A stretch of 64,000 nucleotides of DNA from an uncultured virus (IMG/VR IMGVR_UViG_3300020469_000035) (IMGVR_UViG_3300020469_000035:1-64000), one strand, 5' to 3'. Shown: positions 21,932 through 32,490, counted from the first letter of the stretch. The notes: generated by a model not told the origin, from the sequence alone. Numbers and translations: made by a program.

Positions 21932-24900
21932 TAGTCTTTGGCCAGAAGCCCGCCTGGACGTTGTTCTTCGAGTATGGTTGCAACGACTTGTTCTTTTAAT
22001 TTTTCTGAAAGAGCTTTTTCTTTAGTTTGATCATCTGAAGCCTTTTTTGGATCGCTGCTTTTACTATCAGATTTTTCTTCGGAAGATCCTCCGGATTTAT
22101 CAATGTTCACAGAAATACTTATGTTGTTTGTATTTCCTCCAGAAATTCCAGATTCTGTTTTTTCGCTGATAGGAGTTACAGCCCCTCCGTCATTGAATCT
22201 TCCTGTGTTTATTGCGTTTAAGGTTTGAGGTCCGAGTCTTCTTGCACTGCTCGCTTTGATTACATATTCTCCTTCGCTCAACATCGCGGGAATTTGATCG
22301 ATACCAGATTTTCCAGAAACGAAACCTCCAGAAGCAAAGAAGCCGACTCCATGCTTTCTTTTGTATGCATCTATATCTTCTTGCGGAATGTTTGCTCGGT
22401 AATCTTTGGCTTTCTGAGAAGAACCCCAATAAGAAGAAGAGCTTGATCCTGGACCAAACATATTTTCTACGAATCCGCCAAAAAGACCTGTTGATTTGCT
22501 TGATTGCGGCGCGCTAACTGCTGGCGGCCCAAGAAGTGATGCGCTAGTTTGCGGAGATCCTGCGGGAATATAAGCTCCAATACCCTGATCATTCATTTTT
22601 GCATTTAATAGTACGCTTTGCGCCTGTTGCGTAGACATGCCATTACTCTTTGCTATAAAATCTGCAGATCCTTCTGGAATTCCTTGTGCGCTCATCATGC
22701 CTTCTGCAGAGCTAGAAGCCGCACTGCTCATCATTGATCCAATTCCATGACTAATGCCGACACTCAAAACTGTGCCGACTATCTGCTTCAGTAAAGCTTG
22801 TTTTTTAGCTTTTTTCTCGGCAGCCCTACGAATCCTTTCCTGAATTATTTCTCTGGCGCTTGATGTGTCTTCCTGAAGTCCTACGTTGCCCGCTTGACCA
22901 CTATAAAAGAAGCCTGACATTTTTTCGGATTGATATCTACGCCCTGTTTGAAATCCTTCTGATCCTGCAAAATTCATTCCGATAGCAGATTCTTTGTGTG
23001 GTCCGCCAGTTGAATAAGACGGAAGTCTTCCTCGAGCGTTTAAGCTATGCATAAAACCTCCGCCGTATTTATTTACAGCGTCTTTGTTCATTATATATTC
23101 TCCGTTTGTAACCATCGCAGGAACTCTGCCTGGAACCTGACCACCCTTCGAAAAACCCATAGCTCCGATCATGTGACCAGCAGCTTTTTGAAGCATTGCT
23201 TGCTGAATTGTTTGAAGAAATCCCATGGCTACGTCACGCAGAACATCGCCAAGATCATCCGCGCCATTGATTGCGGCTCCCATAGCTTCTGCAAGACCAT
23301 CCCGAAGCTTGATAGGCAGGTCTTCTCCAAGTTTATGAGTGACATAAGCAGCATCAGTTCTTACGCGAGTCATGCCGTCTCTGAGCCCACCTGTAAACGA
23401 CTGATTATGCTTTTCTTGGTTGATCATTCTTTTCTTTTCTTCTTCGTTTAACGTTTTTGTTTTTTCAATTTCTTCGTCCAAACCAGCCAAAGTTTTTTGT
23501 TTCTTAAATTCTATATCGCTCAACGTCTTCAATCTTGACCGCTCTGAAGCTTGAAGAATCTTAAGTCTATCACTTTCAGCAGTACCTTCTTCTGGTTTAG
23601 CGTCTCTTAGCTTTTGCAATTCTGCTTGTTCTCGATTTAAATTTTCTCTCTGTGCATTAAAAGCGAAACGTTCAGTTTTTTTACTTTCTTCTAGCTGTTG
23701 GACTGCTTCTTGAGTAGTAATATCCATCTCGTTCATATCAAAAGCCATCTGCTGGGCTCGAGTTTTATCGTGAGAGCCAAAAGCAGTTAACCTTCTTGAT
23801 TTAGCGATCTCTTGCTCTCGACTTCGAGAGCTCTGATCCATGCCTACCCTGAAATTTAACATGTCTCCAGAACGATCTAGTGACTCCTTGAGTAGAGCTC
23901 TTTCTGTAATTATTTTGTTTCTTTCGTTTTCTAATTGAAGAATTTCGTCTATTGAAAGTCTTTCAGATTCGAATGTAGAAACCAGAGCTGATCTTTTCTG
24001 TTCATATTCATCAAGCTTCTTGGTTCTTTCTGTCTCTGCTTCGATTAGCGCCATCATATGATCAAGTTCGGCTGCGCTATCTGGCCCTGAAATCGCGTAT
24101 CTATCCGCATCTCTTTGATCTAGTAGTTCTTTTCTATATTCCTGATCCAGTGAATTCATATTTTTGCCCAAGCCAAGAGCTAAATTTCGCATATTTCTAT
24201 TTGCTGAAATTTGCCTACCTTGTTTTCCTGCTAAAAATTGAGACTCAATTCCTGTTACCCCTGCGGAAGCAAAAGATCTTCTTGCGTCTTGAGTTTTTTC
24301 GGTAGCGGCCAAACCTTTCATTGCTTGATCAGTTAGATTGTTAACGAGGTTAATTTCCCTGGCAAGATCTTTTACTTTCTGTGTTCTCTGATCAATAATA
24401 AAATTAATGTCTTTTTCTTTTTCAGCCTGATCGTCAGAAAGGGTTTTTGTTCTTTCTGCGGCGTCGATCAAACCTTGCCTTTTCAAAAGTTCGTTAGCGG
24501 CAAGCCTATTAATCGCCTCTTGAATTCCAACATTATCTTTATTTTCCTCTTTAATTTTTTCGAAAAGGCCTATAAGCTTTTCTGTGGGCAGATCAGAAAG
24601 AGCATCAGTTACATCTACGGTTGTTGCTCCACTTCCTCCCTTAACTTCAACTCCGTCGTCTAAGAGGGCTCGCTTTAACTCCTGCTCAAGAGGCTTGTTA
24701 TTGCCTAGTTGAGTAAACACCCCTTGTCGAAATTGAAGGTTTGCTTGAGCCTTCGCTTTTTCTTCAGCCTCTGTGTTTTTCAAGATAGCCTTATTGTATT
24801 TAAGTTCAGTTTTTTGTCGCTCGGTCATCAAATCGCCAATTATCTTGCCCTGAATATCTAAATCAGAAATTTGGCTTTTATACTTATCAGATATATCTAA

Positions 24901-27900
24901 AAGATTTAGTCGAACCTGATTTTGCGCAGATATAATAGCTTTTTGAGTGTTAAGCTGGATTATTAATCCTTCGGCTTCTTTTTTTGAATCTTCTCCGATT
25001 TTTTTTCTTAACTTTTTAAGGTCAAGATCTAAATCACGAATTTCTTTATCGCTAAGATCATCTACTTGAGAAAGAAATTCTCTGCTATTGTACGAACGAG
25101 TTTCGCCCTTCTTGATGTCACGAGCTTTGTCTGCCCGAAGCGCGGGAATATCAAACCTATAATCAGAAGGAAGGCTACCGAATTGTTGCTTAATATTTTG
25201 CCTCCTGAAGCCTGTGGCCATTTTTGATTGATAGTTATTTTTTAGTTGCCCTTCTATGTTGTCAACGTGAAATCCGTTTCCAAAAAGACCACCAGCATCG
25301 AAGAATCCTCTTTTTCGCTTCTCCTCATCAGATAAGGCGTCTCGTTGTTCGATAAGGTTATTATATTCATCACCTTTCCCCTCGAACATAGTTCCCTTAA
25401 ACGCTTTATTTAATTTTTCTACTCTTTGATTTGACCCATATTTACCGCCTTGCTTATAAAACCCCCTATCTTCCTTCAGTTTCTGGATTCTTTTTGATAA
25501 TTTGTCATATTCCCCGCCTTTTTGAGCCATAAATAAGTTAGTTTGAAGGAGAGGATCGTCAGCCAACGGTTCTCCTAACCCGCTGGAGCGTATCATGTTA
25601 TGAGTACCCCCAGCAGTTAGTCTATTCATTCCTTTGCTAGACAACGTCATATTCATTCCGTTGTAGTTCAAATCCTGATCTCCCGAGAAAAGACCAAATT
25701 GCTGCATTGGCCCAGCAAGCCCTTGAGAAACCGAAGACATATGCTGCCTGCTGGCTTCAGCTTCGGCCTCTGCTTTTTCTCTAAGAGCTTTAGAGGCTTC
25801 ATCAGAAGCTTGAGATAAACCGTAAAGAGCTCCACCCAGTCCACCTATGGCCATTGCTATTGGAGCAAAAGGTCCAGCCATACTTCCCATCATCATTCCG
25901 GTAGAAGCGTAACTCATTGCGCTGCTTGCATAATTTCCAGCGGAGCCAGGCGTACTTGCCCCAGGAAGCATTCCTCCAATCATAGAAAGACCCATCATTG
26001 CGCCCATTCCTCCTCCGCCCCCCATAAATTTACCAAATGCAGACTTTCCAACCTTACTGTTTAAATTGCCAATCGCCCCCATACTTCCACCCCTAGAGAA
26101 ACCGACTTGCTTCATAGCTTCATTAGTCTCTTGTTTTTCGTAATTTAATTGCAGCATTGATTGCCGAGTTTCTTGCTTACTAAACCCTAACCCCTTCATG
26201 TGCTCGGCAGCTTCTTGTGCAGTAAATCTTTGTTGATTTTTAAGTCCTTGCATTTGAACAAGTTCGCGCTGTTTTTCGCTACTTAAAACTACAGTGCTTA
26301 CTGACTTCCACTTGTCCAACAAATTACTTATTACCCTAGATGCTCCATCCCTAAAAGCATAATTAGGAACGTGACCGTCGGCACCAAATACATCGCGTAA
26401 TCCGTTCGGCTCATCTTTTGTGTTTGTTACGCCTATACCCAATGGATTGCCTTTGCCAATTAAAGATTGATGAGTTCCAACTCTTATTTGAGAGACAGGC
26501 ACTCCAGCGCCTTTTTCTCTTCCTATTGCATCGCTTAATGGATCGGCAAAATTTGGAATATATCCTCTAGCATTCATTCTTGCTCCCCTTCTGGGGCCCA
26601 GAATCCTTCTCTGTTTCTCGTCGAGTTGAATAACTTTATCGCCAGCAAAAGCAAGAGCAGGATTATTACCTCTTCCCAAATTCTGCTGTCTGTAAAGTTT
26701 TTCCTTTAGTATTTTTTCTGCCATGCTTTTGGCATTTCCATCTGAAAATTGTCCCTTGTAGTCTGCGAGCTTAGTTTTGGACCAACTACCTCCAAATAAA
26801 AGTTTCAGAGACTCCCTTTGTTCTTGATTTGGATTTCTAAGGTCAAAGTCTCCACCTATTCCTTGTGCAACACCAGCAATACCCCCAGACTGATCTTTAA
26901 CTTGCTTTATTTTGGTGCTTATTGCAGCCTCAAACAAAGCACCAACAACAGATTGAAGAGCTCCAGCCCCTCCGCTTTCTCCGCTATTAATAGATTGCTT
27001 TATAGTTTTTCCGCTTGCCCTGCCAGTTCCTATTTTAAAAGAATCGGCCAAGAGCCTTCCTTCTCTTATGGCATTAGCCTCTACTGCATCAAAAATTTGC
27101 TCAGCGATATCCTTCTTTTTATTTTCTGCTTTTGTTGAAGCGCCTCTTTGTATTCCGAAAGATTTAAACCTTACCCTAGGTAGTTTTGAAACGGGAACAC
27201 CATAAATAGCTTTATCAGGCTTTGTGGTTACTGTATGAGCTCCTCCTGAAGGCGTCAGCATGTGGGCGAAGTTTATTGCATTTAGGAGCGGGGCTGATCC
27301 AGGCTTTTTATCACCTTGAACGATTTTGGCAGCAAAATTAGGAACATAACCACTTCCTGCATACGGATCAAATCCATGAACGCTTCCAAATGCTTGTTGA
27401 TAATTCTTTCCTGCTTTACTAGAAAGCGGAGGCATAATTGCAGGCTGAGTAAATCCTGCGAAATTCTTTACTTTTTCTGCACTATTGTAAATAACAGAGC
27501 CACCACCAGGCATATTCATTGATCGAATATTTCCTGCGGCGTATCCTCCTTGGGCAGCTTCTTGTCTTTCGGGGTGAGCAAAATTAGGAATGTAACCGCT
27601 TGCTCCACGACGACCACTCCTTGGCGCCAAACCAGCATTGTATCCCTGTTTATATAAAGTGCTTGCGGCTCGTTTGGCCACAGAGTCGAGCATTTGTGCT
27701 TCTGCGACTTGAGCTTTTAAAAGATTTAATATGATTTGTTCTTTTTGAGCTTTTGTAGTTTCAGTGCTAAGCATCTCTTTACTAAGAGACGCGCTTCTTC
27801 CAAACAAAGCAACCAAAGAAGATTGAATTGCTTTTTGTTTTTGAGCTTCACTTGTAACACCTATAAGAGAAACCAAACTTTCTTTGGCAAACTGAGCCGC

Positions 27901-29226
27901 TTTTAAAAACAGCTTGCCAAACACAACAGTAATAACCACCAAGCCAGGGCCAGTTATAACATTGCCAAGTCCTTTTAAAAATCCGTTTGCAAATTTACTT
28001 CCAGCGCCTTCTCCTTCTCCTAAGAGATTGTTTGCTCCGTCAGCTATAGACTTCACCACATTAAGAATTTTTTCTATGCCTGGCCCAAGCATGATCTCTC
28101 CAACTCGTGCGCTTACATCTTTCAACGCAAGCCCTGTTTCTGTTGCCATTGCAGCCATTGTCTGACGGAGCTGTTCGTTCTTTTGAATTGCTTCGTCTGT
28201 TGCTCCTGCAGAAATTTGAGTAGCATTAGCTAGGATACCATTTTGTTTTGCTGCGTCACTAAGAACAGCTTTCAATACGTTGATTTGAAATACGCCACCA
28301 ACAGTTTGAGCTATCTGAGCTTTTTGGGCCTCACTTAAATGATCAAAACTATTAGCCAAATCAGTTAAAATTCTTTTCGCCCCCAAAGTATTACCCTCTA
28401 AATCCCTAACGGCAATACCTAAGTTCTCTAACTGGTTTAATGTATCAGTTCTTCCGATACGAGTAAAAATTGTTTTAAACGAGTTACCAATAACTTTACC
28501 GCCTCGAGCAGTTTGCTGCTGAGCTGCAGTAACAAGACCAATAAGCTCGTCAATATTAACTCCTGCGCTTTTTGCGGCTTGACCCGTACGAGCAATAGCG
28601 TCAGCAAAATCTTCTGCACTTACCGCAAACTTTACATCAACCGCAGCAAACTTACTGACAAGTTGAGTAGTGTCCTTAATTTCTTTGCCGTATGTGTTCA
28701 TTGCGGCAGTAAGAGCTTTTACGCCTTGCGCAGAATCCATACCTGTCAATCTAGTAAGAATAAGAGCATCTCTCGTTCTTTTGAGCGATTCTTCTACGCC
28801 CAAGCCTTGACGAGCATATTCGGTTGCAGCCTGCGCTGCAATATTAAAAGCGGCTCCTGTTTCTTTTGCAACCTTAAACAACCCATCGCTAAATTTATCA
28901 AGATTAGAAGCGGTCAATCCCATAACTACGTTTATGTCTGCAAGAGCTTTTTCTACTTCAACTGCATTTGCAACTACAGCCTTAAATGAATTAGCTACGC
29001 CATTCATAATAGCCATACTCGCACCGAACGCTATAATACGAGCATTTGCAGCCTCCATCGATTTACTGAACTCGTCAGCACCACGCTTCATATTTCCTAA
29101 GGGCTGAGTGGCGCCTTTATCATCAACAGTAACCTTGATGGGAGTTCTGCGAATTCTGTTCACAGCCGCCTGTACCGCTGCTTCGAGCGGCTGAGTATTG
29201 CCGTGTACGTCTAAGTTTATAGCCAT
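21931..29226 (-). CDS. Tape measure protein (2431 aa)
   Basis: TP901-like core (EYARQG, FAVSAEDFADAI.R.G, G..IGNSFKTIFTRI), long coiled coil, Ala/Gly-rich hydrophobic stretch, FASGG..PAMLS.GEYV C-terminus. Confidence 0.92.
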   Translation of the reverse strand: MAINLDVHGNTQPLEAAVQAAVNRIRRTPIKVTVDDKGATQPLGNMKRGADEFSKSMEAANARIIAFGASMAIMNGVANSFKAVVANAVEVEKALADINVVMGLTASNLDKFSDGLFKVAKETGAAFNIAAQAATEYARQGLGVEESLKRTRDALILTRLTGMDSAQGVKALTAAMNTYGKEIKDTTQLVSKFAAVDVKFAVSAEDFADAIARTGQAAKSAGVNIDELIGLVTAAQQQTARGGKVIGNSFKTIFTRIGRTDTLNQLENLGIAVRDLEGNTLGAKRILTDLANSFDHLSEAQKAQIAQTVGGVFQINVLKAVLSDAAKQNGILANATQISAGATDEAIQKNEQLRQTMAAMATETGLALKDVSARVGEIMLGPGIEKILNVVKSIADGANNLLGEGEGAGSKFANGFLKGLGNVITGPGLVVITVVFGKLFLKAAQFAKESLVSLIGVTSEAQKQKAIQSSLVALFGRSASLSKEMLSTETTKAQKEQIILNLLKAQVAEAQMLDSVAKRAASTLYKQGYNAGLAPRSGRRGASGYIPNFAHPERQEAAQGGYAAGNIRSMNMPGGGSVIYNSAEKVKNFAGFTQPAIMPPLSSKAGKNYQQAFGSVHGFDPYAGSGYVPNFAAKIVQGDKKPGSAPLLNAINFAHMLTPSGGAHTVTTKPDKAIYGVPVSKLPRVRFKSFGIQRGASTKAENKKKDIAEQIFDAVEANAIREGRLLADSFKIGTGRASGKTIKQSINSGESGGAGALQSVVGALFEAAISTKIKQVKDQSGGIAGVAQGIGGDFDLRNPNQEQRESLKLLFGGSWSKTKLADYKGQFSDGNAKSMAEKILKEKLYRQQNLGRGNNPALAFAGDKVIQLDEKQRRILGPRRGARMNARGYIPNFADPLSDAIGREKGAGVPVSQIRVGTHQSLIGKGNPLGIGVTNTKDEPNGLRDVFGADGHVPNYAFRDGASRVISNLLDKWKSVSTVVLSSEKQRELVQMQGLKNQQRFTAQEAAEHMKGLGFSKQETRQSMLQLNYEKQETNEAMKQVGFSRGGSMGAIGNLNSKVGKSAFGKFMGGGGGMGAMMGLSMIGGMLPGASTPGSAGNYASSAMSYASTGMMMGSMAGPFAPIAMAIGGLGGALYGLSQASDEASKALREKAEAEAEASRQHMSSVSQGLAGPMQQFGLFSGDQDLNYNGMNMTLSSKGMNRLTAGGTHNMIRSSGLGEPLADDPLLQTNLFMAQKGGEYDKLSKRIQKLKEDRGFYKQGGKYGSNQRVEKLNKAFKGTMFEGKGDEYNNLIEQRDALSDEEKRKRGFFDAGGLFGNGFHVDNIEGQLKNNYQSKMATGFRRQNIKQQFGSLPSDYRFDIPALRADKARDIKKGETRSYNSREFLSQVDDLSDKEIRDLDLDLKKLRKKIGEDSKKEAEGLIIQLNTQKAIISAQNQVRLNLLDISDKYKSQISDLDIQGKIIGDLMTERQKTELKYNKAILKNTEAEEKAKAQANLQFRQGVFTQLGNNKPLEQELKRALLDDGVEVKGGSGATTVDVTDALSDLPTEKLIGLFEKIKEENKDNVGIQEAINRLAANELLKRQGLIDAAERTKTLSDDQAEKEKDINFIIDQRTQKVKDLAREINLVNNLTDQAMKGLAATEKTQDARRSFASAGVTGIESQFLAGKQGRQISANRNMRNLALGLGKNMNSLDQEYRKELLDQRDADRYAISGPDSAAELDHMMALIEAETERTKKLDEYEQKRSALVSTFESERLSIDEILQLENERNKIITERALLKESLDRSGDMLNFRVGMDQSSRSREQEIAKSRRLTAFGSHDKTRAQQMAFDMNEMDITTQEAVQQLEESKKTERFAFNAQRENLNREQAELQKLRDAKPEEGTAESDRLKILQASERSRLKTLSDIEFKKQKTLAGLDEEIEKTKTLNEEEKKRMINQEKHNQSFTGGLRDGMTRVRTDAAYVTHKLGEDLPIKLRDGLAEAMGAAINGADDLGDVLRDVAMGFLQTIQQAMLQKAAGHMIGAMGFSKGGQVPGRVPAMVTNGEYIMNKDAVNKYGGGFMHSLNARGRLPSYSTGGPHKESAIGMNFAGSEGFQTGRRYQSEKMSGFFYSGQAGNVGLQEDTSSAREIIQERIRRAAEKKAKKQALLKQIVGTVLSVGISHGIGSMMSSAASSSAEGMMSAQGIPEGSADFIAKSNGMSTQQAQSVLLNAKMNDQGIGAYIPAGSPQTSASLLGPPAVSAPQSSKSTGLFGGFVENMFGPGSSSSSYWGSSQKAKDYRANIPQEDIDAYKRKHGVGFFASGGFVSGKSGIDQIPAMLSEGEYVIKASSARRLGPQTLNAINTGRFNDGGAVTPISEKTESGISGGNTNNISISVNIDKSGGSSEEKSDSKSSDPKKASDDQTKEKALSEKLKEQVVATILEEQRPGGLLAKD

Positions 29227-29228
29227 TT

Positions 29229-29259
29229 TACCTTATTCCTGTGATAAGGTATAATACAC
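29229..29259 (-). promoter_or_regulatory. GTGTAT late-type promoter and leader hairpin upstream of tape measure gene
   Basis: ATACAC at 29254-29259; 8-bp inverted repeat TACCTTAT/ATAAGGTA at 29229-29251. Confidence 0.5.
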
Positions 29260-29264
29260 CAAAA

Positions 29265-30251
29265 TTATATCACGCCATGCAATTTCATTAAATCATCCAT
29301 ATTTAATGTGCCGCCCTTCTTTTTGGCCTCCTCATGAAGACTTACTCCACCCCTCGGTTTTTCTACTCCAAGGTATTCATAATCTTCATCTTTTGCTCCA
29401 ACGAGAGTTCCTGCGTCACCTTGAGACAGCTTGTCTTTAGCTTTATCTCTTTCTTCTTTTGAGCTACTACCAAATTCTAATAATTTTGCAGGATCTTTTT
29501 TCATACTTTCTGGTATATTTTCATTTGTATCAAATATATTCTTAAATACCCTAGTATAAACAATTAACCTAACTTGATTGTACGTCAATTCACAAAATGG
29601 TTTTCCATAAAACTGCATACTATCTTCAGCAAAACTTAAATAAGGACTATAAAAATCTTCTAGTATTGTATATTGTATACTTTCTTCGGTAAATACTTCA
29701 AATATTTCATTATATTTAACAACAACTTTTTTTATATCAGTATGCTCTAGTTCATCAAATTCATTTTCAGAAAAAAGCTTTTCACTTAAATCAGAATTTT
29801 TATAAAAACTTTTAATCATATAAAAATCATTCAATCTATCTTTGGCATATTTTTCGCAAGTATTACCAAGAAGCTGTATTTTTTGTGCCTGCTTTTGAAC
29901 AAGCTCATTGGTTTCTTGCTCAATTAGTTCAGCCTGCTTATCGATCTCTTGCTTGAGAACCATTTTATTTTTTGCAGTTTTCAAGCTTTCAATGAAGAAC
30001 TGCTTATCTGTTATAAACTTATCGTCTTCATCACTCCACTGCCCTTCATCTTTTAGAAAGATAAGCATATCCTCCTCAGTTGGAACGCCTCTTCTCAAGG
30101 CGTCATTGTGATACTTTTCCTCTATTTCCTCAAGTTCTACCTGATCGTGAGGAGTTAAATGTTTGATGTAAACAAATTCATTATCCAGAGTTGCAGTAGA
30201 GTATCCTCTGACTACATCTCTAAATATTTTTCTTCGCCTGACAGTGTCCAC
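29265..30251 (-). CDS. Putative tail assembly chaperone (GT-like), paralogue of 30255..31064
   Basis: Directly upstream of tape measure; acidic, helical; shares motifs with its neighbour. Confidence 0.55.
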   Translation of the reverse strand: MDTVRRRKIFRDVVRGYSTATLDNEFVYIKHLTPHDQVELEEIEEKYHNDALRRGVPTEEDMLIFLKDEGQWSDEDDKFITDKQFFIESLKTAKNKMVLKQEIDKQAELIEQETNELVQKQAQKIQLLGNTCEKYAKDRLNDFYMIKSFYKNSDLSEKLFSENEFDELEHTDIKKVVVKYNEIFEVFTEESIQYTILEDFYSPYLSFAEDSMQFYGKPFCELTYNQVRLIVYTRVFKNIFDTNENIPESMKKDPAKLLEFGSSSKEERDKAKDKLSQGDAGTLVGAKDEDYEYLGVEKPRGGVSLHEEAKKKGGTLNMDDLMKLHGVI

Positions 30252-30254
30252 ATA

Positions 30255-31064
30255 TTAAACCTTGCCTTCCTCTATGTCAGAGTCCAGCTGTTCAAAGTCT
30301 TGCTTGGAGACGGCGCCCGAACTGTAATACCAAAAGCTATACAAAGCAGCAACTTTTCCGCCAATGATATCATACAGTTCGTCGCCATCTTCCTCAAGTT
30401 CGTAGTATGTTCTAAGACGTTCCTCAAAATTCTGACCAGCAAACAAAGGTAAGCTGTCTTCCTCATCTTCTTTTTGAATGAACGTTAGATGTAAAATATA
30501 CCACTGAATCACCTTATTTTCTGCGCGCACATCTGCAGTATGATTAAATAAATTTGAATACGAAGTTTCGACATTAACGATGTCTTTTCTCAACAAGGCT
30601 ATTTGCCCAGAGATTTCGTCGATTCGCTTTTGGTCGGCTTGACTCTTCTTGTTTTTGATTTGAAGTTTTTCGCTTTCCTGAGAAAGCTCTCCGTACTTGA
30701 TATACATTTCGGTAAGAGCCTTGGCGTCTTCTTCGGCCAGAAGCCCACCTGTGTCGCTATACTTTTTCGCAAGCATAGCCTTCGTTAAAATTCCGCGCTT
30801 GATGCACTTGCTAATTTCTACGCTAAACTCAAGCTCTGCCTCTTCGATCTGCCTTCGAGTAGGCTGTTTCATAATTACCCTATAAGGAACAGGTTCTACC
30901 ACGTCCTTGGTAACTGAGACGGTTTCTTCTTCTCCTGTCTCGTCATTCTTGACGACCTTTTCTTCGGTCTGTTTTGTCTTTTCTTCCTTTTCGAAAGTAA
31001 AGCTATATATTTCTCGCATTTTTTTGCGAGTATCATCCATTGTTTCTGTTGCTGCTTCTGCCAT
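30255..31064 (-). CDS. Putative tail assembly chaperone (G-like)
   Basis: Position two genes upstream of TMP; acidic and helical. Confidence 0.5.
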   Translation of the reverse strand: MAEAATETMDDTRKKMREIYSFTFEKEEKTKQTEEKVVKNDETGEEETVSVTKDVVEPVPYRVIMKQPTRRQIEEAELEFSVEISKCIKRGILTKAMLAKKYSDTGGLLAEEDAKALTEMYIKYGELSQESEKLQIKNKKSQADQKRIDEISGQIALLRKDIVNVETSYSNLFNHTADVRAENKVIQWYILHLTFIQKEDEEDSLPLFAGQNFEERLRTYYELEEDGDELYDIIGGKVAALYSFWYYSSGAVSKQDFEQLDSDIEEGKV

Positions 31065-31072
31065 AATATTTT

Positions 31073-31360
31073 TTATTTAAATGTGAACCCTATACTATAA
31101 TAATCTAATTCCGATTCAATATTTCTAATTGTTTCATTACCAATATCTAAAGTTCTTTTTCTTAAGTATTGTAATTTATCATTGTCGAAATAATCGGCTT
31201 GTTCAATAATAGGCACACAACCTTCAGGCAGATTCTTTTTTAATTTATTAAAATTAATCTGATGTTCCTTATGTAGATCCTCGAGCATTACGAGAAAACC
31301 CTTAAAAAGGGAGACCGTATTCCGATTACAACATTTTTTTAGAATGTCTTCTGCGTCCAT
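31073..31360 (-). CDS. Hypothetical protein
   Basis: 95-aa ORF with GTGTAA motif and AATAAGGTA upstream. Confidence 0.7.
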   Translation of the reverse strand: MDAEDILKKCCNRNTVSLFKGFLVMLEDLHKEHQINFNKLKKNLPEGCVPIIEQADYFDNDKLQYLRKRTLDIGNETIRNIESELDYYSIGFTFK

Positions 31361-31382
31361 GTACCTTATACCTTATTTTGAT

Positions 31383-31409
31383 TTACACAAAAAAAATCGT
31401 TTAGTGTAA
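31383..31409. promoter_or_regulatory. Back-to-back divergent GTGTAA late-type promoters
   Basis: TTACAC 31383-31388 (minus) and GTGTAA 31404-31409 (plus, 8 nt before ATG 31418). Confidence 0.6.
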
Positions 31410-31417
31410 ATGTATGC

Positions 31418-31879
31418 ATGGCAGAATTTTTAAACAAAGCCCAAAGGAGAGACTTGGCTTCAAAGCTACTCGATCTTCACGATACATTCGGAAGAGAGAT
31501 AGTTGTATATAAAGAAGCTAAAAAAGTTGTAATTAGTACCGACCCAAGCTATAATCATTTATATAATAGTGCAGGCCAAACCACGCCAAGTGTAAAAAAT
31601 GTGCCAGAAAGAAAAGTTTTTAAAGCAAGAATTCGATATGACACAGACAGAACTTTAGAAAATTTTGGAGAGACAGATGCACAAATAAAGACAACAAGAG
31701 TTGATCCAAGTAGTTTAGTAAGAATAAAATTATTAAAAGATGACTTTCTTTATATTAAAGAAGCAAAAAGAATTGAGCTTGACGGAAGAATGTTTCATAT
31801 CGCTTCAGACGCAAGAGCCCATGGACTATTTGACGAAGTGCAATTTTATACAATCTTCCTGAGACCGCTAGAGCAATGA
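31418..31879 (+). CDS. Putative head-closure / head-tail adaptor protein
   Basis: Size, beta-rich pattern (FKARIRY, IELDG..F.I), first of three genes before the tail tube. Confidence 0.4.
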   Translation: MAEFLNKAQRRDLASKLLDLHDTFGREIVVYKEAKKVVISTDPSYNHLYNSAGQTTPSVKNVPERKVFKARIRYDTDRTLENFGETDAQIKTTRVDPSSLVRIKLLKDDFLYIKEAKRIELDGRMFHIASDARAHGLFDEVQFYTIFLRPLEQ

Positions 31880-32490
31880 AGGGAAAGTCAAACATAACTG
31901 TTAAGGCTGCGCTTACTAGACAGCTAAAAAAAGATGTGACAGTAAGAAATCAAACAAGAATTGTTGTTGAAAAACAATTCAGAGTGGCGTTTGATAAATT
32001 TATGGGAGACTTTGAATCTCATCCCCTCACCAGAGAATTAAAGCATGGTCCAGGAGCTTCAAACGTAACAGGGACACTTAGAAATGGTAATGTATTTGGA
32101 TTTATAGGATTTGATGCAGACTATAATCCCATTGCTCCCATAGAAAAATTATTAAGAGGAACTAATATTTTAATAAAAAGACAATCTATGGGAACCAGGG
32201 GATTACTTACTACATTTAGCGTCAATACTCCGCAAATGACGGCACTTTATAGCGCCTCTCCTATGCCTTGGGCAAAAGGAGCTAGCTGGTTAGAGCAAAT
32301 AGAAGGCGCGGGAATATCAGGGCTAGGGCAATATTTGTTTAAGAGAGTCGACTCTAGTAGATCTGGCGCAGGCATACAATTAAAGGACGCAAAAGGCTCG
32401 GGGAGATTAAAGATACCCTACCTTAAGCCAATGCTCAAAGAATTTGAAAAGAATTTAAATAACATAACTGGAGCAATGAAAATAAAATGA
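31876..32490 (+). CDS. Putative neck / tail-completion protein
   Basis: Basic, WL..IE.G motif, PYLKP C-terminus as in HK97 gp10-like proteins; synteny. Confidence 0.4.
   Translation: MKGKSNITVKAALTRQLKKDVTVRNQTRIVVEKQFRVAFDKFMGDFESHPLTRELKHGPGASNVTGTLRNGNVFGFIGFDADYNPIAPIEKLLRGTNILIKRQSMGTRGLLTTFSVNTPQMTALYSASPMPWAKGASWLEQIEGAGISGLGQYLFKRVDSSRSGAGIQLKDAKGSGRLKIPYLKPMLKEFEKNLNNITGAMKIK

Noticed and set aside
11445..30257. Alternative genetic code suggested by in-frame TAA junctions
   Set aside because: TAA, TAG and TGA all end well-defined genes and long ORFs are intact under code 11.
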